Shown here: positions 19,124 to 29,902 of the stretch, piece after piece
Layout of the letters: each line of letters opens with the position of its first letter
Numbering within the stretch: position 1 is the stretch's first letter
DNA from: an uncultured Gammaproteobacteria bacterium
Lineage (GTDB): Bacteria > Patescibacteriota > Patescibacteriia > UBA2196 > CAYSSY01
DNA: 53,482 bases
Assembly: GCA_964434055.1 (NCBI GenBank)
Contig: CAYSSY010000002.1
Coordinates: 16,076 to 69,557, forward strand
Direction: 5' to 3'
Notes under the pieces: model-generated
What the model saw: only the letters and a program-made list of their open reading frames with translations
The model's database searches: none
Told to the model about the DNA's origin: nothing
Position numbers and translations under genes: made by a program

Positions 19124-19879
19124 TTATTGTTTTAAGCCGATAAAAGTCCAGTTGGAATCAAAGCGACTTTTGCCAAACAACCCTTCCTTTCTGGCGGAAT
19201 AATAATCCTGATTGCGACAGACGGTACAAACATGAGAAAAATCAATTTTTTCTGGCAAGATGCCACATTTTATAAGTTGAATCTTTAATGATTTTTCTAA
19301 ATCTAAATAAATCTCGCCAGATTTTCTTTTAATTACGCTTCTGCCAAATTTTTTTATAAAAAGTTTCTCAACATTACGACCAATATTATAATGACAGCTT
19401 AAGATAGCTGGTCCGACAAAAATATTAATATCTCTCTTGTTGACTTGAAACTTACTAACCATCATTTTAACAACTCTTTCAGCGACTCCGTTCAAAACAC
19501 CGCGATAACCGGCATGAGCGGCGGCAATGACTTCCCGCTGCGGCGAATAAAATAAAAGCGGCAAACAATCCGCAGTGTAAACAAAAAGATAACTATTTTT
19601 TTGGTTAGTCACCAGAGCATCTGTTCTGGGAAATGCCAATTGTCCTCTTTTTTTTGTTTTGACAAGCGCTACCCGATTAGTGTGCTGCTGTCCTCCATAA
19701 AATATCAAATCTGTTCTTTTGATTGCAAAAAATTTGTTTAGTCCTCTCCTTCTGAAAATTGGCAAAAAATCCTCTTTGACTAATTGATAATCAACTATCT
19801 TATATTTGCGACCAATAACCCCGTGGTTCAAATTTTTATAAGCAGCCAATAATTTGGATCGCATAAAAATCTTCCCCAT
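19124..19879 (-). CDS. pgeF: PgeF/YfiH family purine nucleoside phosphorylase / peptidoglycan editing factor
   Basis: DALVTN..YTADCLPLL..HAGYRG..GPAI..CTVC..YYSARK. Confidence 0.88.
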   Translation of the reverse strand: MGKIFMRSKLLAAYKNLNHGVIGRKYKIVDYQLVKEDFLPIFRRRGLNKFFAIKRTDLIFYGGQQHTNRVALVKTKKRGQLAFPRTDALVTNQKNSYLFVYTADCLPLLFYSPQREVIAAAHAGYRGVLNGVAERVVKMMVSKFQVNKRDINIFVGPAILSCHYNIGRNVEKLFIKKFGRSVIKRKSGEIYLDLEKSLKIQLIKCGILPEKIDFSHVCTVCRNQDYYSARKEGLFGKSRFDSNWTFIGLKQ

Positions 19880-19898
19880 ACTAAAAATAATTTCTTAT

Positions 19899-20825
19899 TT
19901 AATATTTATTATTTTCAAACCATTCAAAAGTAACACGTAAACCTTCTTTAATAGTGACAGTTGGTTGCCATTTTAAACTTTTACTTATTTTACCAGCATT
20001 AAGACAACTTCTCATTTGTTCGCCCTTAATTCTGGGACGATGTTTAATAGAAACAACTAAACCGCTGATCTTTACTAATTCTTTAGCAATAGTTAAGACG
20101 TCAGTTTCCCGACCCGTACCGATATTATAAATTTCTCCTCCCCCCTTTGACAGCATCAATTCGAAGGCTCTGACCACATCACCAACGTAAGTATAATCTC
20201 GAGTTTGCCGTCCATTACCATTAACAAATAAGGTTTCCTTATTTAATAAACGACTGGAAAAAATAGCCACTACCCCCGCCTCACCACGATAATTCTGGCG
20301 CGGTCCATAAATATTAGCCAGTCTCAAGATACTGAAATCCAACCCATAAACTTTATGATAAATATAAAGATATTTTTCAAAAGAAAACTTAGCGGCACCA
20401 TAAGGTGAGAGTGGTTGCTCTTTTTCTGTTTCTGGAGTAGGGATTTTAACGCCATCGCCATAAATAGCTCCGCCTGAAGAAGTAAAGATGAATTTTTTAA
20501 CATGACCAACAATTGCCGCCTGCAACAAATTAAGAGACCCTAAAACATTGACTTCGGTATCAAATAAAGGTTCTTTGAGCGACTTCCTAACATCCATTTG
20601 CGCGGCCAGATGATAGACTACTTGTGGTTTTTCAGCTTTAAAAATCTGAGGAATCTTTAGGGGATTGCGAATATCAATTTTGTAAAATTTTGCTTTTTTA
20701 TTCAAATTTTTTAAACTGCCAGTTGAAAGATTATCAACAACCACAACTTTATGACCTTTTTTTATTAAGGCATCTACTAAATGTGAGCCGATAAACCCTG
20801 CGCCTCCAGTTACTAATATTTTCAT
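19899..20825 (-). CDS. NAD-dependent epimerase/dehydratase (UDP-glucose 4-epimerase-like)
   Basis: GGAGFIGSH, HLAAQ, SSGGAIYG, YGAAK (YxxxK), NIYGPRQ. Confidence 0.92.
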   Translation of the reverse strand: MKILVTGGAGFIGSHLVDALIKKGHKVVVVDNLSTGSLKNLNKKAKFYKIDIRNPLKIPQIFKAEKPQVVYHLAAQMDVRKSLKEPLFDTEVNVLGSLNLLQAAIVGHVKKFIFTSSGGAIYGDGVKIPTPETEKEQPLSPYGAAKFSFEKYLYIYHKVYGLDFSILRLANIYGPRQNYRGEAGVVAIFSSRLLNKETLFVNGNGRQTRDYTYVGDVVRAFELMLSKGGGEIYNIGTGRETDVLTIAKELVKISGLVVSIKHRPRIKGEQMRSCLNAGKISKSLKWQPTVTIKEGLRVTFEWFENNKY

Positions 20826-20923
20826 ATAAATTAATTATTGACAATTATTAAATAAAGATTTTAAATATATTCAGCTCCTTTTTATCAACTAAACAGTGAG
20901 GTTATAACTAAGAAGAGGTTAAC

Positions 20924-21082
20924 ATGAGCACTGAAAACAAGTCACAGAAGTCAAAAAATTCCAGCAAAAAACTGGTCTCTTTACTCGCCGGCACTCTGCT
21001 GGTGGCAGCCACTGTCTATGTCGGCAAAAAAATCTTCGATCTCCTGGACGCACTCGATTTCCAAAACATCGAACTCAGTTAA
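20924..21082 (+). CDS. Small single-pass membrane protein (52 aa), absent from the supplied ORF track
   Basis: MSTENKSQKSKNSSKKLVSLLAGTLLVAATVYVGKKIFDLLDALDFQNIELS*; SD AGAGGT at 20914-20919; terminator downstream. Confidence 0.7.
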   Translation: MSTENKSQKSKNSSKKLVSLLAGTLLVAATVYVGKKIFDLLDALDFQNIELS

Positions 21083-21104
21083 GAACCACAGCATCTTTCA
21101 GTAT

Positions 21105-21135
21105 TGTCTCCCTATTGCAGGGAGACAGTTTTTTT
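21105..21135 (+). terminator. Intrinsic terminator after the 52-aa ORF
   Basis: TGTCTCCCT-attgc-AGGGAGACA followed by G and a T-run. Confidence 0.85.
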
Positions 21136-21220
21136 ATTATAGCCTAATAAATATTGAACATCCTACCATCCCATAATCCCCAATTTTGCATGTAAAAATC
21201 TGAATATTTATCTTAGTATC

Positions 21221-22585
<1,365 letters not shown>

Positions 22586-22606
22586 TTATTATATCTTAAT
22601 TAATAA

Positions 22607-23014
22607 TTATTTATTATTGACGGTTAATAGATTAGTTATTTTCAATGCTGTCTTCTCCATTGCTCCCTCATCGTATCTCTTAGTTGGCCAACCAGTAAAA
22701 TTATCACTAAAATAACGTGGTATTAAGTGAACATGAAAATGAGGCACATCGGTTCCAACCACACTTAAAGCCACAAAATCACAGCTTAAAGACATTTTAA
22801 TAACGATCATTAATTTCTTAACAGTTTTAAAAACTTCGGCAATTAATTCGTCAGGTGTATCAACTATCATTTGATAGTGTTGTTTTGGTATAACCAAAGT
22901 ATGCCCGGGGTTAACTGGGTTAATATCAAGAAAAGCGAAAATTCTATCATCCTCGAAAATTTTTGCTGCCGGGATCTCTCCGGAAATAATTTTACAAAAA
23001 ACACAATCTGACAT
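22607..23014 (-). CDS. HIT family nucleotide hydrolase
   Basis: CVFCKII..FLDINP..GHTLVIPK..HFHVHLIP histidine triad. Confidence 0.94.
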   Translation of the reverse strand: MSDCVFCKIISGEIPAAKIFEDDRIFAFLDINPVNPGHTLVIPKQHYQMIVDTPDELIAEVFKTVKKLMIVIKMSLSCDFVALSVVGTDVPHFHVHLIPRYFSDNFTGWPTKRYDEGAMEKTALKITNLLTVNNK

Positions 23015-23092
23015 AAAAATTAAAGTCTAAAATTTACATATCAAAACTTTCTTATTTATGTAATTTTTAAGTTTTGACTTATAAATTTTATT

Positions 23093-23575
23093 TTACTTAT
23101 ATTTCTCCCAATTGAAACCAATCTTTGAATCATTATAAGGTATGCGCTCCTCATCGGGATTTTCTTTATTATAACATTCAGTCGTATGATAAAAAAGCAT
23201 TACGGGCTCATCGCCCAAGACCTTATAGCCATGAGCAACGCCCGGCGGAATAACCATTAATTTATAATCATCTTTTCCGGCAATTAGCTCCATGGTTTCA
23301 CCATAAGTCGGGGAATCTTTACGGATATCATAAAACACAACCAATGCTCTACCAGAAGCAATAAACCAAATATCAGTCTGTTTTTTATGCCAATGAAAAG
23401 CCTTGATTGTCCCCGGATGAGTGTAGGTAAAAGTCGATTGACCGAATTTGGACAACAGGTTATCATCGGCACGCAAAACTTCCATTAAAAATCCAGGCTT
23501 AACTACTACTTCCTCGCCTTGAGTATGCGTATCCTGATAGACTTTTAAGTTTTTTATTAACACACCATTAATCAT
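23093..23575 (-). CDS. dTDP-4-dehydrorhamnose 3,5-epimerase family (RmlC-like cupin)
   Basis: GTIKAFHWH, DIRKDSPTYG, IPPGVAHGYK. Start at MINGV. Confidence 0.88.
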   Translation of the reverse strand: MINGVLIKNLKVYQDTHTQGEEVVVKPGFLMEVLRADDNLLSKFGQSTFTYTHPGTIKAFHWHKKQTDIWFIASGRALVVFYDIRKDSPTYGETMELIAGKDDYKLMVIPPGVAHGYKVLGDEPVMLFYHTTECYNKENPDEERIPYNDSKIGFNWEKYK

Positions 23576-23978
23576 ATGTTTTTTTGTCAAAAACAAAATA
23601 AATTATTACCCCACCAAAAACTGCAACAAAAAAAGACAAATAGCTGAAAACTTGTAATTTAAAATAGATAACAAGTGCCATTATTATAGCAAAGAAAAAT
23701 TTAACTAACAAATGTATTTCTCGAACAGAATTTCTTTTTTTCTCTTTTGTGTTTATAGGTGAACTAAAAAAAATAAAGAAACCACTGACTAAAACAATTA
23801 TCAGAATAATATTGAGGTCGAAATAATTAGAAATTATTCCCTCAAACATTAATTCGCAACCTAAATAACAAAAAAAAGTAATTAAGGAAACAAAAAAAAC
23901 ATCATTAATTATTCTTTTTATTAACTCCAAAACATCTAAATTTATAATCATTTTGAAATAATTATTAATTTTTTTCAT
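23568..23978 (-). CDS. Small polytopic membrane protein
   Basis: About four hydrophobic segments; overlaps the downstream gene start. Confidence 0.7.
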   Translation of the reverse strand: MKKINNYFKMIINLDVLELIKRIINDVFFVSLITFFCYLGCELMFEGIISNYFDLNIILIIVLVSGFFIFFSSPINTKEKKRNSVREIHLLVKFFFAIIMALVIYFKLQVFSYLSFFVAVFGGVIIYFVFDKKTYD

Positions 23979-23981
23979 GTC

Positions 23982-24578
23982 TTAAAAATAATTCTTTATT
24001 TTTCTCAAAAAAATATCTATAGCGCTAGTGATAGTCAACGGGGGTTTTGAAAATTTTATTTTCAGACTATAAAAAGTTATCTCTTGATTTTTTGTTTCAA
24101 GTCCCGGAGAAGAAATAATGAAACGCAAACGCTTATTTTCTAGAACAGCGCCTTGTAGATCAAAAAAAACCTGAGCGTAAGAACGACCACTTTGATCAAC
24201 ATAACCGACGACATCCTTGACCTGCCACGACCAGGCATCCAGAGAATTTCTAACCCCAAGCATTAATGACTGCTCAGGCGGTTTTTTATATTCCAAAAAA
24301 ATTTCTGCTTGTCGAAATGATTGTGGCAATCTCACATCAAAATAAACTGGATCAATAACCATCTTTTGCTGACAAAATGCCTGTTCTTTTTCTATGGGCA
24401 AAACACGTCCATCGGGAGACAAACGTGAGATAAAAGGCGACTCGTTACAAAAATCATAATTTACTGCCAACTTACCTGATGGAATAAGATACCGATAAAA
24501 CAAAAAAACAAATAGTATAACCGGAGCGGCAATAATTATTAATCTAATAACCTTATAAAATTTATCAGTGTTCCTCAT
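23982..24578 (-). CDS. Single-pass membrane protein with extracellular domain
   Basis: N-terminal TM followed by a soluble domain; overlaps the GT-C gene stop. Confidence 0.7.
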   Translation of the reverse strand: MRNTDKFYKVIRLIIIAAPVILFVFLFYRYLIPSGKLAVNYDFCNESPFISRLSPDGRVLPIEKEQAFCQQKMVIDPVYFDVRLPQSFRQAEIFLEYKKPPEQSLMLGVRNSLDAWSWQVKDVVGYVDQSGRSYAQVFFDLQGAVLENKRLRFIISSPGLETKNQEITFYSLKIKFSKPPLTITSAIDIFLRKIKNYF

Positions 24579-26283
24579 TTATTTTCTCTTCACTATTACC
24601 TTTTATTAGCTCTATTTGGTAGAGCCAATCATTTTGAAATATTTTTCGCCCATTTCTAATAGCTAAATTATAAGGCAAAAAGACATTCTGAGAAGTGTAT
24701 TCAACAGCAGCAGGACTTAAAAAAGTATAATAAAAAACATTATTATTTTTAGCAACCAGCCTCGCCAAGCTAAAATAATCATAAGGCACAACTAAGGCGG
24801 TAATCAACCGACTAGTCACAGGAAAAATAAATTTATCAGCTTGCGGGTAAGTAACCACAATACTATCTGGTCTAAGCAACTGCTTTAAAATAAGAGACTT
24901 CTGTTGGTAGCTAAGAACGTTATTTTTTACCACAGACAAACTTTCATCCGTCTCAAAAATAACCAGATTTAAACTGCTTAAAAAAAGAATAATCATTAAA
25001 ACAGAGAAAAGAGAAGCTTTAAAGAAAAAATATTTAAATAGCCTGATAATTTCGTAAATAAAAATAGCAAGCAACGGTAAGGCCAATAAATAAATTGGTA
25101 GCCAGTATCTTAGATATGAGGTGCCGATTGAAACACTGGCCTGGTCAATCCTGTCTGAAATCTGCCAAGAACCGTAAAAAACTAAAAGATAAATTGACAC
25201 AAAAACCAAAACTATCAGGTAGGCAAAATTCTTTTTTCTATTTTCTGCCTTGAAATAGCGACCTGACAACAAAAAGATAATCAAACCGAATAAAGTCGGT
25301 ACTGACCAAAACCATAAAAATTTAACCAAATAATTATAACCATTTAGAATAATGCTTCTGGGGTTAAACCCGAAAGGAGTGACTAGAATTTGAAATAAAG
25401 CATGGCTGGCGATACCCTGAAAAATTCCTTGCCAGCCAGTGTTGTCGAAAGGTAGACGGTAACTAAAAGAAAAGAAGCTATTATATAAAACCAAATTATG
25501 ATAAAAAAGAGGTATTAAAAAAGTGGTTGCCCCAACAATAACAAAAAAAATGAACGGAACCCAGTTAATTTTTTTGAAATTAAAAAAAAGAATTAACAAG
25601 ACTACAATGGTTAGCCAAACCACTTCAGAGGTTCTGATTAAAACAGCCAAGCCCAAAAACAAACCGGCAAAAATATAGTGAAAATACTGAAAAATTTTTC
25701 TTTGACCAAAATTTTTTTTCTCCAAAGCGCTACACAAAAAATATAAACCAACGATTGCCGTAGAAACAAAAAAAATATTGTGATACATGCCACGCGCAGC
25801 ATAATACCACCAACCTGGAAAAAATAAAAGCAACACTGAACTAATAAAAGCTATCTTTTTGTCAAAAAATAATTTTAATAACAAATAAAAAAATAATACG
25901 GCCAGCGAGGCAAAAAATGGTGTTAGAAAAGGAATTACTTGGAGACCAATAATTTTTGCCAGAGCCCCATAAACCAAAACCATGCCCAAGAATGAACCAG
26001 GCACAATTTTACCCTGAAAACCGTTCATGCTCCTTGGATGAAGCAAACCGTTGCCAATCTCATTATCACTTTCCCAAAAATAAAGAGGCATACCATGAGC
26101 AACTCGGCTAGTCCAAAAATAGTTTGCCGTTTCATCAGGCGAATTGAATACCGGACCAACTGATAAATTCTTATGACTGGCTAAAGGAAACCAGGAATAA
26201 ATGACAAAAAAAACAATTGCCAAAAAGACTAAGATTATTATTTCTTTATTTTTTGAAAGGTAGCTATTAAAGTTAAATTTCAT
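24565..26283 (-). CDS. GT-C fold membrane glycosyltransferase (PMT/ArnT-like, GT39/GT83-like)
   Basis: Many TM segments; SPDETANY acidic pair in the first external loop; AVLIRTSE; RYWLPIY. Confidence 0.75.
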   Translation of the reverse strand: MKFNFNSYLSKNKEIIILVFLAIVFFVIYSWFPLASHKNLSVGPVFNSPDETANYFWTSRVAHGMPLYFWESDNEIGNGLLHPRSMNGFQGKIVPGSFLGMVLVYGALAKIIGLQVIPFLTPFFASLAVLFFYLLLKLFFDKKIAFISSVLLLFFPGWWYYAARGMYHNIFFVSTAIVGLYFLCSALEKKNFGQRKIFQYFHYIFAGLFLGLAVLIRTSEVVWLTIVVLLILFFNFKKINWVPFIFFVIVGATTFLIPLFYHNLVLYNSFFSFSYRLPFDNTGWQGIFQGIASHALFQILVTPFGFNPRSIILNGYNYLVKFLWFWSVPTLFGLIIFLLSGRYFKAENRKKNFAYLIVLVFVSIYLLVFYGSWQISDRIDQASVSIGTSYLRYWLPIYLLALPLLAIFIYEIIRLFKYFFFKASLFSVLMIILFLSSLNLVIFETDESLSVVKNNVLSYQQKSLILKQLLRPDSIVVTYPQADKFIFPVTSRLITALVVPYDYFSLARLVAKNNNVFYYTFLSPAAVEYTSQNVFLPYNLAIRNGRKIFQNDWLYQIELIKGNSEEKINEEH

Positions 26284-26472
26284 AAACTAATTATATCAGC
26301 AACAAAATAATAAAAAAAGTGCCTAACTGAAATAATCTAAAACATAATTGCTTATCTGTTAAGTGATAAATTTTAGCTTTATGCGGTCTTTTTATTTTTT
26401 TCTGATAAAATGTTAAAATTAGTAAAGCAAATCATTAGTTAAGCTCAGTGTTATCAGTTAATATATAAAAAC

Positions 26473-28545
26473 ATGAACCTGTTTTCCACCGGCCGCTATA
26501 TTCTCATATCATCCTTATTACTCTTCGGATTAATTCTGAATATTTTTGTTTTTAACAATCTTATCATAGGTTTAATTGTTGGGACGCTCTATCTTCTTTA
26601 CTATAGTATCGCTCTTGGGTATATATATTTTTCTCATTACTCGCAACCAATTAAATTTTTAGGTGGACTGCAAATGACCTTAATACTGTTTATTGTGCTT
26701 GGTTCACTTGCTTACTACTTCTTTGGCCTGACAAACGTTGTTTGTTCTTTGCTCCTGATATTATTGACCTTTTTAATCTTTGCCTTAGGTCGCAATAATT
26801 TCTTTAGGATTTTTTCTAATATTCAGAATAATTTTTTAATTCCATCGCTCAAAGCCAGGGTTACTAAAATATTTTTTTTACAACATAGTAAAACGATAAT
26901 TTTAACAGGCATATATCTGGCGCTGGCAGCCCTTTCTTTTTTGATAATTTTTCAGCATCAAACTTCTGAAGCTATTCGTTCGCCTTGGGAAATATTACCC
27001 AGTGAATTTTTAGTAATTTATGCCTTATGCGGTCTGTTGTTGCTGTTAATTATTTTTAAAAAAAACAATAGCTGGTTGAAATATGTATGCCTCTCTATTT
27101 TTATTTTTTTGTCTTTATCAATCACCATGATTATTTACAAAATTGGCTATGGTTTTGATCCTTTTATCCATAGAGCAGCGGAAAAAGTAATTTTTAATTA
27201 TGGAGCCATTAATCCAAAAAGCTGGTACTATATCGGCCAATATGCCTTGGTAACCATGCTGGCAAAAATCTTCTACCTTAACTCTTCCCTCTTAGATAAA
27301 ATTTTACTGCCCATTCTATCGGGCTTATTACTACCAATAATTGGCTGGTTGTATTTTTATAAAAATAAATTAGTGCAAAGCGCCTGGTTACTGCCTCTGG
27401 CTATAATCTTTTTACCAATGAATAACTATCTGACCCTGCCTCAAAACCTGGCTAATTTTTTTCTTTTAATCTTTATAGTGTCTACTGGGCAAGATAAAAA
27501 GGTTTTTAATCTTTTATCAATCCTATTTGTTTTGGCAATAATTTTTATTCATCCCTTAAGCGGCTTGGTAGCATTAATCATACTTATTGTTAATTCTGTT
27601 TCTTTGTTAGAGAATATAAAAAAACAGCTTAAGCTAGTAATCTATGCCTTATTGTCATGTCTTGTTCCGCTAGCCTTTTGGCTTGGTTCATTTCTATTAA
27701 AAAATTACACTCTAATTTGGCAAAATGGTTTTAAAAATACCGCCTGGCTGGAACTCAACATTAAATGGGTCAAATTTAATTCAATCTATCATTTTGTTTA
27801 TCTCTATAAATTCAATATTATAATAATTTTCCTTCTCTTGGTGGCTTTTGGCTGGTATTTGAGTAAAAAACATTTATATTTAAAAACTTTTATTATCGTC
27901 CTTATTAATATTATTTTTTTGCAATTATTAAAATTTTCATCATTGATTTCTTACGAACAAAATGATTTTACAAAAAGATTGATTAATATAGCATTAATAG
28001 TGCTGACACCCTATTTTTTAATCAGTCTTGACTTTATCTGGAATAAATTTTTAAATAATAAAAGAACTCTTGCTCTAACCAGCTTAATTATTGTTTGTTT
28101 ACTCTCGATTAACTTATATTTAATGTATCCTCGGGTCGATGCCTTTGAAAAATCACGCGGTTATTCCACTTCCTTAAATGATATCAAAGCTGTTAGAGAA
28201 ATTGCATCCAGACAGTTAAAGAATCAAGATTATATTGTCCTGTCTAATCAGGCGGTCTCGGCTGCAGCGATTCAAGAGTTCGGTTTTAAAAAATACTACT
28301 CTACTCCTGAAGGTCCTCTCTTCTATTATCCAGTCCCGACCGGTTCACCACTTTATAAAATTTACCTAGACATGATTTATTATGGACCAACACTAAATCA
28401 AGTTAAAGAAAAAACCGGTGTTCAAACAGTTTATTTTGTTATCAATGATTATTGGCTCGATGCCGAAAAAAGAATTGTTGAGACTAGGACAATTGCCAAC
28501 GAAGCATTTAATATCAATAAAAAAATTTGGATTTTTAAATTTTAA
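26473..28545 (+). CDS. Large polytopic membrane protein, possible GT-C glycosyltransferase
   Basis: Numerous TM segments, GFDPFIH loop, IHPLSG, and a C-terminal soluble domain. Confidence 0.55.
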   Translation: MNLFSTGRYILISSLLLFGLILNIFVFNNLIIGLIVGTLYLLYYSIALGYIYFSHYSQPIKFLGGLQMTLILFIVLGSLAYYFFGLTNVVCSLLLILLTFLIFALGRNNFFRIFSNIQNNFLIPSLKARVTKIFFLQHSKTIILTGIYLALAALSFLIIFQHQTSEAIRSPWEILPSEFLVIYALCGLLLLLIIFKKNNSWLKYVCLSIFIFLSLSITMIIYKIGYGFDPFIHRAAEKVIFNYGAINPKSWYYIGQYALVTMLAKIFYLNSSLLDKILLPILSGLLLPIIGWLYFYKNKLVQSAWLLPLAIIFLPMNNYLTLPQNLANFFLLIFIVSTGQDKKVFNLLSILFVLAIIFIHPLSGLVALIILIVNSVSLLENIKKQLKLVIYALLSCLVPLAFWLGSFLLKNYTLIWQNGFKNTAWLELNIKWVKFNSIYHFVYLYKFNIIIIFLLLVAFGWYLSKKHLYLKTFIIVLINIIFLQLLKFSSLISYEQNDFTKRLINIALIVLTPYFLISLDFIWNKFLNNKRTLALTSLIIVCLLSINLYLMYPRVDAFEKSRGYSTSLNDIKAVREIASRQLKNQDYIVLSNQAVSAAAIQEFGFKKYYSTPEGPLFYYPVPTGSPLYKIYLDMIYYGPTLNQVKEKTGVQTVYFVINDYWLDAEKRIVETRTIANEAFNINKKIWIFKF

Positions 28546-28567
28546 TAAAAGCTAACTTGCTATTTTT

Positions 28568-29842
28568 ATGTCAAAAAATATTTCTATTATCGGCTTAGGT
28601 TATGTCGGACTGCCGCTAGCCCTGCTTGCTGAAGCTAAAGGCTACCAAGTTCAGGGTATTGATATTGACCAGAATAAGGTTAACAAAATTAACGACCGTA
28701 TCAGTCCGTTTAAAGACGAAGAAATATCTGATGAACTAAAAAAAAGTAATTTAAAAGCTACCACTAATTTTGAAATTTTACAGAATAGTTCAATAGTTGT
28801 TATCTGTGTACCTACACCGGTATATGCTGATTACACACCGAATCTTGAACCAGTTAAATCTGCTGCTCAAAAAATCGGGGAAAATTTAAAATCCGGGCAA
28901 TTGATAATTCTTGAATCTACTGTTAATCCGGGGGTATCTGATGAAATTGTTATTCCTTTGATAGAAAAAGTGTCTGGTTTAAAAGTCGGCGCGGATTTTA
29001 TGTTTGCTCACTGCCCAGAAAGAATTGATCCAGGCAATTCTCAATGGAATGTAAAAAATATTAATCGCGTTGTCGGTGGTTATGACGCCTCAAGTTTACA
29101 AGCTGCCGTTGAATTTTATGAATCATTGATTATTGGAACGGTTAAACAAATGACTTCTTTAAAAGAAGCGGAAGCAGTAAAAATAGTAGAAAATTCTTTT
29201 CGTGATATTAATATTGCTTTTGTTAATGAATTAGCTCGTTCATTTTCTGTTTTAGGGATTGATCTAGTGAATGTTATAAACGGCGCCGCCACCAAACCTT
29301 TTGCTTTTATGGCTCACTATCCTGGTTGTGGTGTCGGAGGACACTGCATTCCTGTTGATCCTTATTATTTGATTGAATATGCCAAAAATCACGGCTTTGA
29401 ACATGATTTTTTATCTCTCGCTAGACGTATTAATAACCAAATGCCAAAGTTTACAGTCGATCAGACCTTGAGGAGTCTTAATGAAATAGAACTGCCGATG
29501 AAAAATACACGCATTGCGGTGTTGGGACTGGCCTATAAACCAGAGGTTGGTGATTTGAGAGAAAGCCCGGCAGTGATTATTATAAAATTACTAAAAGAAT
29601 CAGGAGCACAAGTTACTGCTTTTGACCCTTTTATTCCAGAAATGTCTAATGTAAAGACATTGCCCGAGGCACTGAATAAGGCAGCCGCAGTCGTTATTGT
29701 GACGGCGCACAAAATATTTAAGGAATTAACACCAGACATCTTAAAAAGTCATGGTATTAAGGTCGTCATTGATGGCCGCAATTGTTTAGATAAAGATAAA
29801 TTTCTAGCAGCTGGACTTGTCTACCGTGGCATCGGCCGCTAA
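28568..29842 (+). CDS. Nucleotide-sugar 6-dehydrogenase (UDP-HexNAc dehydrogenase, WecC/WbpA-like)
   Basis: GLGYVGLP, CVPTP, ILESTV, HCPERIDPG, KIVENSFRDINIAFVNEL, GVGGHCIPVDPY, YKPEVGDLRESP. Confidence 0.93.
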   Translation: MSKNISIIGLGYVGLPLALLAEAKGYQVQGIDIDQNKVNKINDRISPFKDEEISDELKKSNLKATTNFEILQNSSIVVICVPTPVYADYTPNLEPVKSAAQKIGENLKSGQLIILESTVNPGVSDEIVIPLIEKVSGLKVGADFMFAHCPERIDPGNSQWNVKNINRVVGGYDASSLQAAVEFYESLIIGTVKQMTSLKEAEAVKIVENSFRDINIAFVNELARSFSVLGIDLVNVINGAATKPFAFMAHYPGCGVGGHCIPVDPYYLIEYAKNHGFEHDFLSLARRINNQMPKFTVDQTLRSLNEIELPMKNTRIAVLGLAYKPEVGDLRESPAVIIIKLLKESGAQVTAFDPFIPEMSNVKTLPEALNKAAAVVIVTAHKIFKELTPDILKSHGIKVVIDGRNCLDKDKFLAAGLVYRGIGR

Positions 29843-29850
29843 AAAATTTC

Positions 29851-29879
29851 AAAAACGGGCTTTGCTCAGCCCGTTTTTT
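29851..29879. terminator. Bidirectional intrinsic terminator
   Basis: AAAAACGGGCT-ttgctc-AGCCCGTTTTT between convergent genes. Confidence 0.85.
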
Positions 29880-29902
29880 TGTTTTAAAAAATTGAAGCAA
29901 TA

